This document shows, piece after piece, positions 18,198 through 27,386 of a stretch of 64,000 nt of DNA. The notes beneath the pieces were generated by a model. The model was given only the letters and a program-made list of their open reading frames with translations. It was not told where the DNA came from and did no database searches. Position numbers and translations under genes: made by a program. This stretch comes from Egicoccus sp. (GTDB taxonomy: Bacteria; Actinomycetota; Nitriliruptoria; Nitriliruptorales; Nitriliruptoraceae). The stretch is taken from NCBI GenBank assembly GCA_035462025.1, contig DATHUR010000130.1:1575-65574 (forward strand), given 5' to 3'. Every line of letters starts with the position of its first letter. Position 1 is the first letter of the stretch.

Positions 18198-19136
18198 TTG
18201 CGCTACGACGACGTCACGCAGGCCATCGGCAACACACCGCTGGTCGGCCTGCCGCGCCTGTCACCCGACGGCTATCGGATCTACCTCAAGCTCGAGGGCC
18301 ACAACCCGACCGGGTCGGTCAAGGACCGCGTCGCCAAGTACCTGATCGAGCAGGCCGAGCGTGACGGCAGCCTGCAGCCCGGTCAGCGCGTCATGGAGCC
18401 GACCTCGGGCAACACCGGCATCGCCCTGGCCGCCATCTGCAAGGTGAAGGGCCATCCGCTGACCTGCGTGATGCCCGAGAACACCTCCGACGAGCGCAAG
18501 CAACTGCTGACCATGTTCGGCGTCGACCTGGTCTTCTCGCCGGCCACCGAGGGCTCCAACGGGTCGGTCCGCGTGGCCCGCGAGATGGCCGCCGCCGACC
18601 CGGACGTGTTCATGCCGTTCCAGTACGGCAACCCGGCCAACGCGCTGGCCCACTACGAGACCACCGCGCCCGAGATCCTGGCCGACCTGCCCGAGATCAC
18701 CGCCTTCGTCGCGGGGCTCGGCACCGGCGGCACGGTCACCGGCGTGGGCAGGCGCCTCAAGCGCCACGACCCGGCCATCAAGGTGTTCGCCGCCGAGCCC
18801 GAGTACGGCGACCTCGTCTACGGCCTGCGCAACCTCGACGAGGGCTACGTCCCCGAGGTGCTCGACCAGTCGGTGCTCGACAGCCGCATCAAGGTCGACT
18901 CGCTCAAGGCGCTGACGTTCACCCGCCGGCTCGCCGAGGAAGAGGGCATCTTCGCCGGCGTCTCGACCGGTGCCTCGCTCGCGGTGGCCGTGCGGGTCTG
19001 CAAGCGGCTCCCCGAGGGCTCGAGCATCGTCGCGCTCTCACCCGACGGTGGCTGGAAGTACCTCTCGACCGGGGCGTACGCGCCCGGCGACGTCAACGAG
19101 ATCGCCACCCGCATCTCCGGCACGCTCTGGGCGTAG
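18198..19136 (+). CDS. cysM: PLP-dependent cysteine synthase, CysM (O-phosphoserine sulfhydrylase-type)
   Basis: TTG start. NPTGSVKDR (PLP lysine), TSGNTGIALA, GLGTGGTVTG. Confidence 0.88.
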   Translation: MRYDDVTQAIGNTPLVGLPRLSPDGYRIYLKLEGHNPTGSVKDRVAKYLIEQAERDGSLQPGQRVMEPTSGNTGIALAAICKVKGHPLTCVMPENTSDERKQLLTMFGVDLVFSPATEGSNGSVRVAREMAAADPDVFMPFQYGNPANALAHYETTAPEILADLPEITAFVAGLGTGGTVTGVGRRLKRHDPAIKVFAAEPEYGDLVYGLRNLDEGYVPEVLDQSVLDSRIKVDSLKALTFTRRLAEEEGIFAGVSTGASLAVAVRVCKRLPEGSSIVALSPDGGWKYLSTGAYAPGDVNEIATRISGTLWA

Positions 19137-19203
19137 CGTCGGCCGAGGGGCGGGGTGCCGTCCCAGCCCGCCGCTACGCTCGCGCCGCCCTGGGAGAGGA
19201 GCG

Positions 19204-19962
19204 GTGGTGGGGCTGGAGTTGACCGTTCTCGGCTGTGCTGGCTCGCATACGGGGCCCGGCCGCGTCTGCTCCGGCTACCTCGTCACCGCCGGCGGGACGC
19301 GACTGCTGGTCGACTGTGGCAACGGATCGACCGCCAACCTGCAGCGCATGTGCCGCTTCGACGACCTCGACGCCGTGCTGATCACCCACCGGCACGTCGA
19401 CCACTGCATCGACCTGATCGGGATGTACTACGGCCTGCGCTTCCACCGCGAGGGCGCCAAGCGGATCGACCTGTACGCCCCCGACGAGGTCGTCGCGACC
19501 CTCAAGGGCCTGCTGTCGACCGACTCGGCGCTCGGGTTCGACGAGGTCTTCGACGTCCACCGAGTGACCGGCGGCGAGTCGGTCGAGGTGGGTCCCATGC
19601 ATCTCACCTTCGCCGACTCGGTCCATCCGGTGCCGACCGTGTCGGTCGCCATCGAGCACGCCGGACGACGCCTGGTGTACTCGTCGGACTCGGCCGGCGG
19701 GCCGGCGCTGGTCGACCTCGCCCGCGGCGCCGACCTGTTCCTCTGCGAAGCGACCTGGCAGGGGGACGCGGCCGACTACCCGGCCGGCATGCACCTGACC
19801 GCCCGCGGCGCCGCCGACGTCGCCCGCGAGGCGGGCGTCGAACGGCTGCTGCTGACCCACGTGCTCGGCTCGCTCGACCCGGCGCGGTCGGTGACCGAGG
19901 CGTCCGAGTGGTTCGACGGATCGGTCGAGGCGGCCGCGGACTTGAGCCGCTGGGCGCTCTGA
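19204..19962 (+). CDS. MBL-fold metallo-hydrolase (Rv1339-like)
   Basis: GTG 19204/19207 after gggagagga. ITHRHVDHCID (HxHxDH). Conserved position upstream of rph/rdgB in actinobacteria. Confidence 0.8.
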   Translation: MVGLELTVLGCAGSHTGPGRVCSGYLVTAGGTRLLVDCGNGSTANLQRMCRFDDLDAVLITHRHVDHCIDLIGMYYGLRFHREGAKRIDLYAPDEVVATLKGLLSTDSALGFDEVFDVHRVTGGESVEVGPMHLTFADSVHPVPTVSVAIEHAGRRLVYSSDSAGGPALVDLARGADLFLCEATWQGDAADYPAGMHLTARGAADVAREAGVERLLLTHVLGSLDPARSVTEASEWFDGSVEAAADLSRWAL

Positions 19963-20060
19963 CCGTCACACGAGCGCAGACGCTTCCCTGGGGCGAACCG
20001 CACCCGTACCGTTCCCGACGACGGCGCCTTGCGGAGGGTGTCGCGAAGGGACAACCACAC

Positions 20061-20969
20061 ATGAAGCGCGTCATGCTGCTCGCACTGGCGACACTCCTGG
20101 TCGTCGCCGGGGCCGTGCCGGCCTCGGCCGTGACCCAGGGCACACCGGACGACGGTGCCCACCCCATGGTCGGTCAGTTGTTCTTCCACGTGCCGGACGA
20201 TCCCGACCCGAGGTTCACCACGCCCGGCGCCTGGTACTCGTGCACCGGCACGTTGATCGCCGAGACGGTCGTGCTGACCGCGGGCCACTGCACGTACGGC
20301 ATCGGACTCGACGGCGAGTCGACCCTGCCGGCCGGCAGCGGCGGCACCGACGTCTGGATCACGTTCGAGGAGTACCCCAACCTCGATGACCTCCTCGCGC
20401 CGAGCCTCTCGTTCGACGGCGACAACCAGGCCAGGTACGAAACCTGGTCCAGTGCACTCGACGACGACCCGACCTGGATCGGCGGGACGGCGACACCGCA
20501 CCCCGACTACGACCCGGCCAGCTTCGTCATGGCCGACGTCGGCATCGTGGTGCTCGACGCACCCGTCCTGCTCGACGAATACGGCCGGCTCCCCGAGGCC
20601 GGCTACCTCGACGGCGTACTCGCCAGCAAGACCCATGACAAGTTGTTCACACCGGTCGGCTACGGCGTGCAGTCCATGGTGCCCGTCTACGACCCGGGCG
20701 GTACCCGACAGTGGTCGACCTCGAAGCTGATCGACCTTCGCGGCACGCACGGCATCCCCGCCGGTGTCGCCGCGAAGTTCACCAACAACCTGGGCAAGAA
20801 GCACACCGGTGGGGCCTGCGGCGGCGACTCCGGCGGTCCGCTGTTCGAGCAGGGCTCGTTCCTGATCGGCGCGATCACGTCGTACGGGATCAGCCCCTGC
20901 ATCGGCAACGACGGCGCCTACCGGATCGACAAGCCGCTCGACCTCGCCTGGATCGACAGCTTCCTCTGA
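20061..20969 (+). CDS. secreted trypsin-like S1 serine protease
   Basis: Signal peptide [29 protein letters not shown] (His), DVGIVVL (Asp), CGGDSGGP (Ser). Confidence 0.88.
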   Translation: MKRVMLLALATLLVVAGAVPASAVTQGTPDDGAHPMVGQLFFHVPDDPDPRFTTPGAWYSCTGTLIAETVVLTAGHCTYGIGLDGESTLPAGSGGTDVWITFEEYPNLDDLLAPSLSFDGDNQARYETWSSALDDDPTWIGGTATPHPDYDPASFVMADVGIVVLDAPVLLDEYGRLPEAGYLDGVLASKTHDKLFTPVGYGVQSMVPVYDPGGTRQWSTSKLIDLRGTHGIPAGVAAKFTNNLGKKHTGGACGGDSGGPLFEQGSFLIGAITSYGISPCIGNDGAYRIDKPLDLAWIDSFL

Positions 20970-20986
20970 TCGAACGTTCCGACGCC

Positions 20987-21010
20987 GACGGCCGCCTGAG
21001 GGCGGCCGTC
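20987..21010 (+). terminator. stem-loop downstream of the S1 protease gene
   Basis: gacggccgcc-tgag-ggcggccgtc: perfect 10-bp stem, 4-nt loop, 18 nt after the stop. Confidence 0.55.
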
Positions 21011-21060
21011 CGCCGTACGCGGCCAGTAGCGTTGCGGCTCCGCCAGCCCAGGAGCCTTCG

Positions 21061-21774
21061 TTGACCGACACCACCCGACCGGACGGACGCCGCGCCGACC
21101 AGCTACGCCCCGTCTCGATCGAACTCGGGGTGCAGCGCAACCCTGCCGGCTCGGCCGCCGTCACCTTCGGCGGCACCCGGGTGCTGTGCGCCGCCTCGGT
21201 CGAGGAGGGTGCGCCCCGCTTCCGCGAGCGGCGCGGCTGGGTCACCGCCGAGTACGCGATGCTGCCCGGCTCGACCTCCGACCGGGCCCGCCGCGAACGC
21301 AACGGCCCCGGCGGCCGCTCGAAGGAGATCGAGCGTCTGATCGGCCGGTCCCTGCGCAGCGTCGTCGACCTCGATGGCCTGCCCGACGTGACCGTCACCG
21401 TCGACTGCGACGTCCTCGAGGCCGACGGAGGCACCCGCACCGCCGCGATCACCGGTGGCTGGGTCGCCTTGGCCCAGGCCCTGCGGGCCAAGGGCTGGGA
21501 GCGCCACCTCACCGGCCAGGTCGCCGCCATCTCGGTCGGCATCGTCGACGGCCGGCCCGTGCTCGACCTGCCCTACGTCGAGGACGTGCGCGCCGAGGTC
21601 GACATGAACGTCGTGGCCACGGCCGACAGCCGCCTGGTCGAGGTGCAGGGCACCGCCGAGGGGGCACCGTTCGACCGGGCCCAGCTCGACCGGCTCATCG
21701 ACCTCGCCGTGGCCGGCTGCGAGGAACTGTTCGTCCTCCAGCGGGCCACCCTCGACGCCGGAACCGACGCGTGA
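21061..21774 (+). CDS. rph: ribonuclease PH
   Basis: TTG start. [42 protein letters not shown]. Confidence 0.92.
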   Translation: MTDTTRPDGRRADQLRPVSIELGVQRNPAGSAAVTFGGTRVLCAASVEEGAPRFRERRGWVTAEYAMLPGSTSDRARRERNGPGGRSKEIERLIGRSLRSVVDLDGLPDVTVTVDCDVLEADGGTRTAAITGGWVALAQALRAKGWERHLTGQVAAISVGIVDGRPVLDLPYVEDVRAEVDMNVVATADSRLVEVQGTAEGAPFDRAQLDRLIDLAVAGCEELFVLQRATLDAGTDA

Positions 21775-22373
21775 GCATCCGTCTCGTCGCTGCGACCGCC
21801 AACGTCAAGAAGCTGGCCGAGATCCAGGCCATGCTCGACCACCTCGACGTCGATGTGGTCCCCATGACCGAACTCGGGGTCGCCAGCCCCGTCGAGGACG
21901 GCGACACGTTCGAGGCCAACGCACTGATCAAGGCCCGCGCGTGTCACGCCGCGACCGGGTTGCCGTCGGTCGCGGACGATTCGGGGCTCGAGGTCGACGC
22001 GCTCGACGGCGCGCCGGGGGTGTACTCGGCCCGCTATGCGGGCGAGGACGCCGACGACGCGGCGAACAACACCAAGCTGATCGGCGCGCTCGCGGGCGTG
22101 CCCGACGAGCGACGCACGGCCCGGTTCGTGTCGGCCGTCGCGTTCGTGACGGCCGACGGTGACGAGCACGTCGTGCGGGGGACCATGGAGGGTCGCATCG
22201 TCGACCAGCCGGCCGGTGAGCACGGCTTCGGCTACGACCCGCACTTCGTCAGCGAGGCGGCCGGTGACGGCCGGACGAACGCGCAGCTGTCGCCGGACGA
22301 GAAGAATGCGCTCAGTCACCGCGGCGCCGCATTCGACGCGATCCTGCCGGTCATCGAGGCCACGTTCCGCTGA
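21771..22373 (+). CDS. rdgB: non-canonical purine NTP pyrophosphatase (RdgB/HAM1)
   Basis: GTG overlaps the rph stop (GTGA). [50 protein letters not shown]. Confidence 0.9.
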   Translation: MSIRLVAATANVKKLAEIQAMLDHLDVDVVPMTELGVASPVEDGDTFEANALIKARACHAATGLPSVADDSGLEVDALDGAPGVYSARYAGEDADDAANNTKLIGALAGVPDERRTARFVSAVAFVTADGDEHVVRGTMEGRIVDQPAGEHGFGYDPHFVSEAAGDGRTNAQLSPDEKNALSHRGAAFDAILPVIEATFR

Positions 22374-22430
22374 TGCGTCGGCGACGAAGCTGACCTCGCG
22401 CGCGTCCTGATTGGTCGATCGGCGACGTGG

Positions 22431-22440
22431 CGGGCCGTAG
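22431..22440. repeat. left copy of 10-bp direct repeat CGGGCCGTAG
   Basis: Identical 10-mer at 24453..24462. Together they bracket the two HNH genes. Confidence 0.5.
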
Positions 22441-22449
22441 GGTTCCCGC

Positions 22450-22815
22450 ATGACGGGCAACCGGCGCAGATCCAGTCGCAGCGGCAGGGTGAGGGCCGCC
22501 CGGCGCCGCAAGCGCCGGATGGATCGTGTCGAACACGACCTCAGCGACGCGCAGTGGGTCGCACTCAAGGCCGCGTGGGACGGCTGCGCCTACTGCGGCG
22601 CGGTCGACGGGGCGCTGCAGCGCGACTGTGTGCTCGCGCTGTCGCGTGGCGGTCGGTACACGCTTGCCAACGTGGTGCCGGCGTGCCGCTCGTGCAACGC
22701 CAGCAAGTGCAACGCCGAGGTCACGGGCTGGCTGCGCCGGAAGCGACTCGACGAACGCGCCTTCCTGCTGCGCCAGTTCGAGATCGCGGCTGCGCTCACC
22801 GAAACGGTGACCTGA
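22450..22815 (+). CDS. small HNH-family protein with degenerate catalytic motif
   Basis: CAYCG...RDCVLALSRGG...NVVPACRSCNASK: zinc CxxC pairs and the N/K of HNH are present, but the usual D-H is D-C. Arg-rich N-terminus (true start may be Met24). Confidence 0.7.
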   Translation: MTGNRRRSSRSGRVRAARRRKRRMDRVEHDLSDAQWVALKAAWDGCAYCGAVDGALQRDCVLALSRGGRYTLANVVPACRSCNASKCNAEVTGWLRRKRLDERAFLLRQFEIAAALTETVT

Positions 22816-22875
22816 GTCCACAGGGATCGTGATGCGGTCCGAGCCGTGTCACACCCCGGTCCTACGGTTCGACCC

Positions 22876-24462
22876 ATGAGTTCGTCTCTCGCTCCGGCTT
22901 CCGTCCGCCGTCGTCACGGTGGTCCTCGGGTGCGGCTGCATCCGGAGCACGAGTCGCGCTACGAACCGATCCGCCGGGCGTTTCTGGCCGCGATGCCCGC
23001 GCTCGCGGCGGACGAGCGGGCCGGTTACGACTGCAGCGACCCCGACGAGCTGCCGCCCGAGGGTCCGGACGCTGCGCCGGCGGCGGATCTGCGGGCGGCG
23101 GTGGCCGAGGTCCGTGCGGCGCTGGGCCGGCTGCGGGCGATCGTGGACGACCGGACGGTGTCGGCGGGTGGTGAGTTGGCGGGGTTGGCCGAACTGCTCG
23201 ACACGCTCGATGCCGCGCACGCGACGGCGGTGGCGTTGACGGACCGGATCGAGACGTCCGGGCTGGCCGAGCGCAGGGCCGGGCTGCCGCTCGAATCGTG
23301 GTTGGCGCTCAAGACCAACGCGATGTTCGGTGACCGCCGGTTTCTGACCGGTGCGCGTGAGGTGTTGCGGCATATGCCCAACGTGGCGGCCGCGTTCGAT
23401 GCCGGCGTGTTGGGGTGGGGTCAGGTGCGGGTGATCGTGTCCGAGGCGAGGCCGCTGACCGTCGGACTGCGCCAGACGCTGGATGCCGGGTTTGCCGACC
23501 ACGACGAGCTGGGTCGTCTGCAGGCTGACGAGGTTGTGGATCGGGTCGCTGACCGGGCGGCCGGGCTACGTGAGGATCTCGAGCGCAAGCGGACGGTGGC
23601 ACGCCAGCAGCGCCGCTATCTGCACGTGCAGGAGTCGTTCGACGGTGGGGTGCGTGGCAATTTCGATCTGCCTGCCGAGGACGGCGCGGTGCTGCTCGAA
23701 GCGCTCGCTGCCGCCTCCGCGGCGCCGACCGGTGAGCGTGACGTCACCGCCGACGCGACCGACCCCACCGACCCCGACCCCACCGACCCGAGTGCGGCCG
23801 CCACCGACACGACCCGCCCCGACACGTCCGACGAGGCGGCCGAGGATGATCCGGTGGAGGTCGGGTTCGACCGGCCGCGGGCGCGGCAGTTGGCGGATGG
23901 GTTGGTGCGGCTGGCCGAGGCGTTCCTGGCCGGCCGGCGTGGCGATGGCACGATCGTGCGTGCCCGGCCCACGATGCTGGTGGTGGCCGATGTGGCCGAT
24001 CTGGTGGGCAACAGCGAGGCTGCCCGTCGGGCCCGGTTGTTGTGGCGGCTGCCCGGTAGTCCGCCGGCGTTGACCCGCGACGCGGTGCGCAGGATCTCGT
24101 GTGATGCGAACCTGCAGATGCTGCTCGTCGACGGACATGAGGTGCTGGGGATCTCGGCGCCGACCTCCCAGATCCCGACGCGGGTGCGCCGCGCGGTCGT
24201 TGCCCGCGATCAGGGGTGTCGGTTCCCGGGCTGTCGCGCCCCGGCGGCATGGACGGACCTGCATCATGTGGTGGCGCGCAACAAGGACGGCCCGACCACG
24301 GTCGCCAACCTGGTGTGTCTGTGCCGTCGGCATCACATGGCGGTCACCGAGGGCCGCTGGAAACTGTCGATGACCGGCGACGGGATCGTGACCGTCCGAC
24401 GCGGCCGTCACACCGCCCGTGGCGACCCGCCCCTGCGCCGACATCCCATCGACGGGCCGTAG
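22876..24462 (+). CDS. DUF222 / HNH endonuclease (13E12-repeat family)
   Basis: Long Ala/Arg-rich helical N-terminal region. C-terminal CRFPGCRAPAAWTDLHHVVARNKDGPTTVANLVCLCRRHH. Confidence 0.8.
   Translation: MSSSLAPASVRRRHGGPRVRLHPEHESRYEPIRRAFLAAMPALAADERAGYDCSDPDELPPEGPDAAPAADLRAAVAEVRAALGRLRAIVDDRTVSAGGELAGLAELLDTLDAAHATAVALTDRIETSGLAERRAGLPLESWLALKTNAMFGDRRFLTGAREVLRHMPNVAAAFDAGVLGWGQVRVIVSEARPLTVGLRQTLDAGFADHDELGRLQADEVVDRVADRAAGLREDLERKRTVARQQRRYLHVQESFDGGVRGNFDLPAEDGAVLLEALAAASAAPTGERDVTADATDPTDPDPTDPSAAATDTTRPDTSDEAAEDDPVEVGFDRPRARQLADGLVRLAEAFLAGRRGDGTIVRARPTMLVVADVADLVGNSEAARRARLLWRLPGSPPALTRDAVRRISCDANLQMLLVDGHEVLGISAPTSQIPTRVRRAVVARDQGCRFPGCRAPAAWTDLHHVVARNKDGPTTVANLVCLCRRHHMAVTEGRWKLSMTGDGIVTVRRGRHTARGDPPLRRHPIDGP
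23761..23790 (+). repeat. 15-bp tandem duplication inside the DUF222 gene
   Basis: gaccccaccgacccc / gaccccaccgacccg (14/15) encoding TDPTDPDPTDP. Confidence 0.7.
24453..24462. repeat. right copy of 10-bp direct repeat CGGGCCGTAG
   Basis: Includes the TAG stop of the DUF222-HNH gene. Identical to 22431..22440. Confidence 0.5.
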
Positions 24463-24493
24463 CACTACGGTGCTGGCCGCCGGAGGGGATGGC

Positions 24494-24958
24494 ATGGGGG
24501 ATTGGTGGCACGACCGGATCGGGTCCGCGCTGCGCGGGGAGAACCCGACGGTCCTGCGTCGCATGCCCAGCGGGTTCGCGGTCATCGGGGACACTCAGTT
24601 CCTCCCCGGCTATTGCGTGCTCCTTGCCGAGCCCGAGGTTGGTCACCTCACCGACCTCGAACCGCCCGGCCGTGCGCGCTTCCTCATGGACATGAGCCTG
24701 CTCGGCGAGGCGATCGAGCGGGCCTGCGCCAACGACGGCCTGGTCCGCGTCAACTACGAGATCCTCGGCAATGGGCTGCCGTGTCTGCACGCGCACGTCT
24801 TCCCGCGCTACGACTGGGAGCCGACCGACCGCCGCAGAGGTCCGGTCTGGCTCTATCCACCCGAGCAGTTCTACGGTTCCGCGCACGCCCTGGGTGTCGA
24901 ACACGAACCACTTCGCCTCCGGATCGGCGACGCCCTCGACGAGGTGATGGCAGGCTGA
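24494..24958 (+). CDS. HIT family hydrolase
   Basis: ATG after ggagggga. LPCLHAHVFPRY histidine-triad-like motif. About 154 aa. Confidence 0.7.
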   Translation: MGDWWHDRIGSALRGENPTVLRRMPSGFAVIGDTQFLPGYCVLLAEPEVGHLTDLEPPGRARFLMDMSLLGEAIERACANDGLVRVNYEILGNGLPCLHAHVFPRYDWEPTDRRRGPVWLYPPEQFYGSAHALGVEHEPLRLRIGDALDEVMAG

Positions 24959-24996
24959 TGCCACCCGCCGGTCTCGAGCCGAGTCGGGGCGGTGTG

Positions 24997-25923
24997 TCAG
25001 AGTTCGGCGTCGAGGGCGGCCGTGATCGCGCGTTGGGCCATGCGGACCATGCCGGGGTGGTTGTCGAGGTAGTAGGGCAGCGCGAGAAGTCCCTGGGACA
25101 ACACCCAGCCGCGCGCGCGGAGTTGCGTGGCTTCATCGGCGTCCACGATGTCCAGGAACGGGCGCCGATGCGGTGGCGGTAACACGTGCCACGCGGCCAT
25201 GACGTTGCCGGCTGGGTCGCCGACCACGAGGCCACCGAAGTCCACGACGCCCGTGAGTTGCCCGTCACGTGCGAGCAGGTTGCCGGCGTACAGATCGCGG
25301 TGCAGCCAGACCCCGGCGCCGCCCCAGACGGGTGCCTGCACGGCGGCCTCCCACAGGTCGAGTGCCGCCGCGGGATCGAACAGCGTTGGGTCGACACGCC
25401 CGGCTGTCATCAGCGCCGTGACCTCGGCCAGTGCTGCGCGGGTGACCTGGTCGTAGGCACGCAGCGCCCCGGCCCGCTGCGTGTCGGCACCCGCGAGCGG
25501 GCCGCCGGTGGTGTCGAAGTGATGCAAGGCGTGGACGAAGCGGCCGAGTCGGACCGACGTGTCGACCGGATCGAGGTCGTCGACGTCCTGAGGTGGCTGC
25601 CCTGGCACCCAGCGGCAGATGGCCCACGGGAACGGATAGCCCGTCGTCGGTTCGCCGCGGGCGATGGGGATCGGCACCGGTAGTGGCAGCCCGGGGGCCA
25701 GGCGGGGCACCCATGCCAACTCCACCAACAGACCCGGAACGGCTGACGCCTTGCGCGGGAGACGTACCGACAGGTCGTCGCCGAGCCGGAAGACGACGTT
25801 GTCCGTGCCCTGCTCGTGGGCGAGGCGGAGCGTCCGGCCCGAGAGGTCGGGGTGCTGGTCGTGGAGCAGGCGACGAACGAGCTCTTCGGAGATGGGGACT
25901 TCGTCGTGGTGCAGGGGCGGCAA
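24997..25923 (-). CDS. aminoglycoside/choline-kinase-like phosphotransferase (APH family)
   Basis: TTG start. VWLHRDLYAGNLL (HxDxxxxN catalytic loop), GVVDFGGLVVGDP (DFG-like). Confidence 0.8.
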   Translation of the reverse strand: MPPLHHDEVPISEELVRRLLHDQHPDLSGRTLRLAHEQGTDNVVFRLGDDLSVRLPRKASAVPGLLVELAWVPRLAPGLPLPVPIPIARGEPTTGYPFPWAICRWVPGQPPQDVDDLDPVDTSVRLGRFVHALHHFDTTGGPLAGADTQRAGALRAYDQVTRAALAEVTALMTAGRVDPTLFDPAAALDLWEAAVQAPVWGGAGVWLHRDLYAGNLLARDGQLTGVVDFGGLVVGDPAGNVMAAWHVLPPPHRRPFLDIVDADEATQLRARGWVLSQGLLALPYYLDNHPGMVRMAQRAITAALDAEL

Positions 25924-25988
25924 GACGCTCCGTCAGCGTTGGGGCGTGCAGTCTGCCGCACGCGTCGGACGTCCGGGCGGAATCGAAT

Positions 25989-26022
25989 GGACCCCGACCG
26001 CCGGGGGAAGCGGTCGGGGTCC
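25989..26022 (-). terminator. strong stem-loop downstream of htrA
   Basis: ggaccccgaccgc-N8-gcggtcggggtcc: perfect 13-bp stem. On the minus strand it is followed by auucgauucc. Confidence 0.6.
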
Positions 26023-26144
26023 GGGGGCCGACACGGGCCCGAGCGAGGAAGCGAAGCCCGGGCGGGAGCGAAGTGGGAGAGAGCGGTCCGCGTCGGCCGT
26101 GGTCCGCGGGCGTCGGGGAGAACGCCACGGACAGATCGGTGGGG

Positions 26145-27386
26145 TCAGCCGGCCTGATCGGGCCGTTCGCCGAGGGTCACGGTCACGGTGTCCTCCTCGC
26201 CGTTTCGCAGGAAGGTCACCTCGACGTCGTCGCCGGGCCGGTACTGCCGGATGCGTCCGGCGAGATCGGCCATGGTGGTGACCTCGTGCTCGTCGAGACG
26301 GACCACGATGTCGCCGGGCTGCAGGCCCGCGTCGGCTGCGGGACCGTCGGGGACCTGGGCGAGGACGGCACCCTGCTCGACCGGCAGGCCGTACAGGCGG
26401 GCGACATCGGGGTCGACGGTCTGGCCGGCCACGCCGAGGTAGGCGTGCTGGACGGCTCCGTCGGTGAGCAACTGGTCGGCGACGGTGCTGACCGTGCTGG
26501 CGGGGATGGCGAAGCCGATGCCGTCGTTGCCACCGCTGGCGCTCGCGATCGCGGTGTTCACCCCGATCACGTTGCCCTCGGCGTCGACCAGCGCACCGCC
26601 CGAGTTGCCCGGGTTGATCGCGGCGTCGGTCTGCAGCAGGTCGATCAGGCTCGCACCGGGGGTCGCCACGGTCCGGCCGAGGGCGCTGACGATCCCCGCG
26701 GTCACCGACCCGTCGAGTCCGAAGGGCGAGCCGATCGCAACGACCGTGTCACCCACGGCGGGCTCGTCGTCGGCCCAGTTGGGGACCGGCAGATCGGTCG
26801 CGTCGACGCGCAGGACGGCCAGATCGGAGGTCGCGTCCGTGCCGACGACCTCGGCGGCCATGCGCTCGCCGTCGGGCAGGGTGACCAGGACCTCGGCCGC
26901 GTTGGCGACCACGTGGTTGTTGGTCACCAGGATCCCGTCGGCGCGGTAGACCACCGCCGACCCGGAGCCGGCACCAGCGGCGCCGCGGGCGTCCACGCGG
27001 GCGACGGACGGCGAGACCTGCTGGGCGATCGCGCCGATCAGGCTGCCGCCGGTCGGCGTCACCGCGGAGGTCTCGGACCCGGTGGTGCCGGATGCCCCGT
27101 TCTCGGTCGTGGCCGCCGTCGCGCCATCGTCGTCGAGGAGTTCGGCGGGCACGACGACCGCGCCGGCACCGAGCGCACCGGCGAGTGCGACGGCAAGCAG
27201 GTTGCGTGCGCCCAGGCGCGGACGCGGAGCAGGCGCAGGGGTGGACGGGGCGGCGCTCGGCGGCGGGGGCGGGATGGCGCCGTAGGTGGTCGGTTGCTCG
27301 TCCGGGATCGGGCCGCGTGGCTCGGCCACCGTGTCGCCGTGAGGCACATCGGGCTGTGCGTCGCGGGGGGTCGTGTCGAGGTCCAA
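26145..27386 (-). CDS. htrA: HtrA/DegP-family S1C serine protease with PDZ domain
   Basis: Pro-rich N-terminus plus TM segment. TNNHVV, SDLAVLRV, GNSGGALV triad. C-terminal PDZ-like GLQPGDIVVRLD. Confidence 0.88.
   Translation of the reverse strand: MDLDTTPRDAQPDVPHGDTVAEPRGPIPDEQPTTYGAIPPPPPSAAPSTPAPAPRPRLGARNLLAVALAGALGAGAVVVPAELLDDDGATAATTENGASGTTGSETSAVTPTGGSLIGAIAQQVSPSVARVDARGAAGAGSGSAVVYRADGILVTNNHVVANAAEVLVTLPDGERMAAEVVGTDATSDLAVLRVDATDLPVPNWADDEPAVGDTVVAIGSPFGLDGSVTAGIVSALGRTVATPGASLIDLLQTDAAINPGNSGGALVDAEGNVIGVNTAIASASGGNDGIGFAIPASTVSTVADQLLTDGAVQHAYLGVAGQTVDPDVARLYGLPVEQGAVLAQVPDGPAADAGLQPGDIVVRLDEHEVTTMADLAGRIRQYRPGDDVEVTFLRNGEEDTVTVTLGERPDQAG

Larger units (their letters stand above)
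22441..24462 (+). mobile_element. candidate insertion carrying two HNH-endonuclease genes (REP13E12-like)
   Basis: Bounded by the 10-bp direct repeat. Content is a small HNH protein plus a DUF222-HNH protein. Lies between housekeeping rdgB and a HIT gene. Confidence 0.35.

Noticed and set aside
19131-19179. An 8-bp inverted repeat (gcgtagcg ... cgctacgc) spanning the cysM stop, as a possible terminator before the MBL gene.
   Set aside because: The loop is 33 nt and only partially structured, and there is no U-tract. The downstream MBL gene has its own RBS 25 nt later, so the evidence for a functional terminator is too weak.
26041-26095. The purine-rich GAGCGA(A/G)G-like reiterations (gagcgaggaagcgaag...ggagcgaagtgggagagag) as an independent plus-strand repeat element or array of binding sites.
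   Set aside because: The units are irregular in length and spacing. I treat the tract as the CU-rich single-stranded part of the minus-strand htrA 3' region (reported in the findings) rather than as a separate element.
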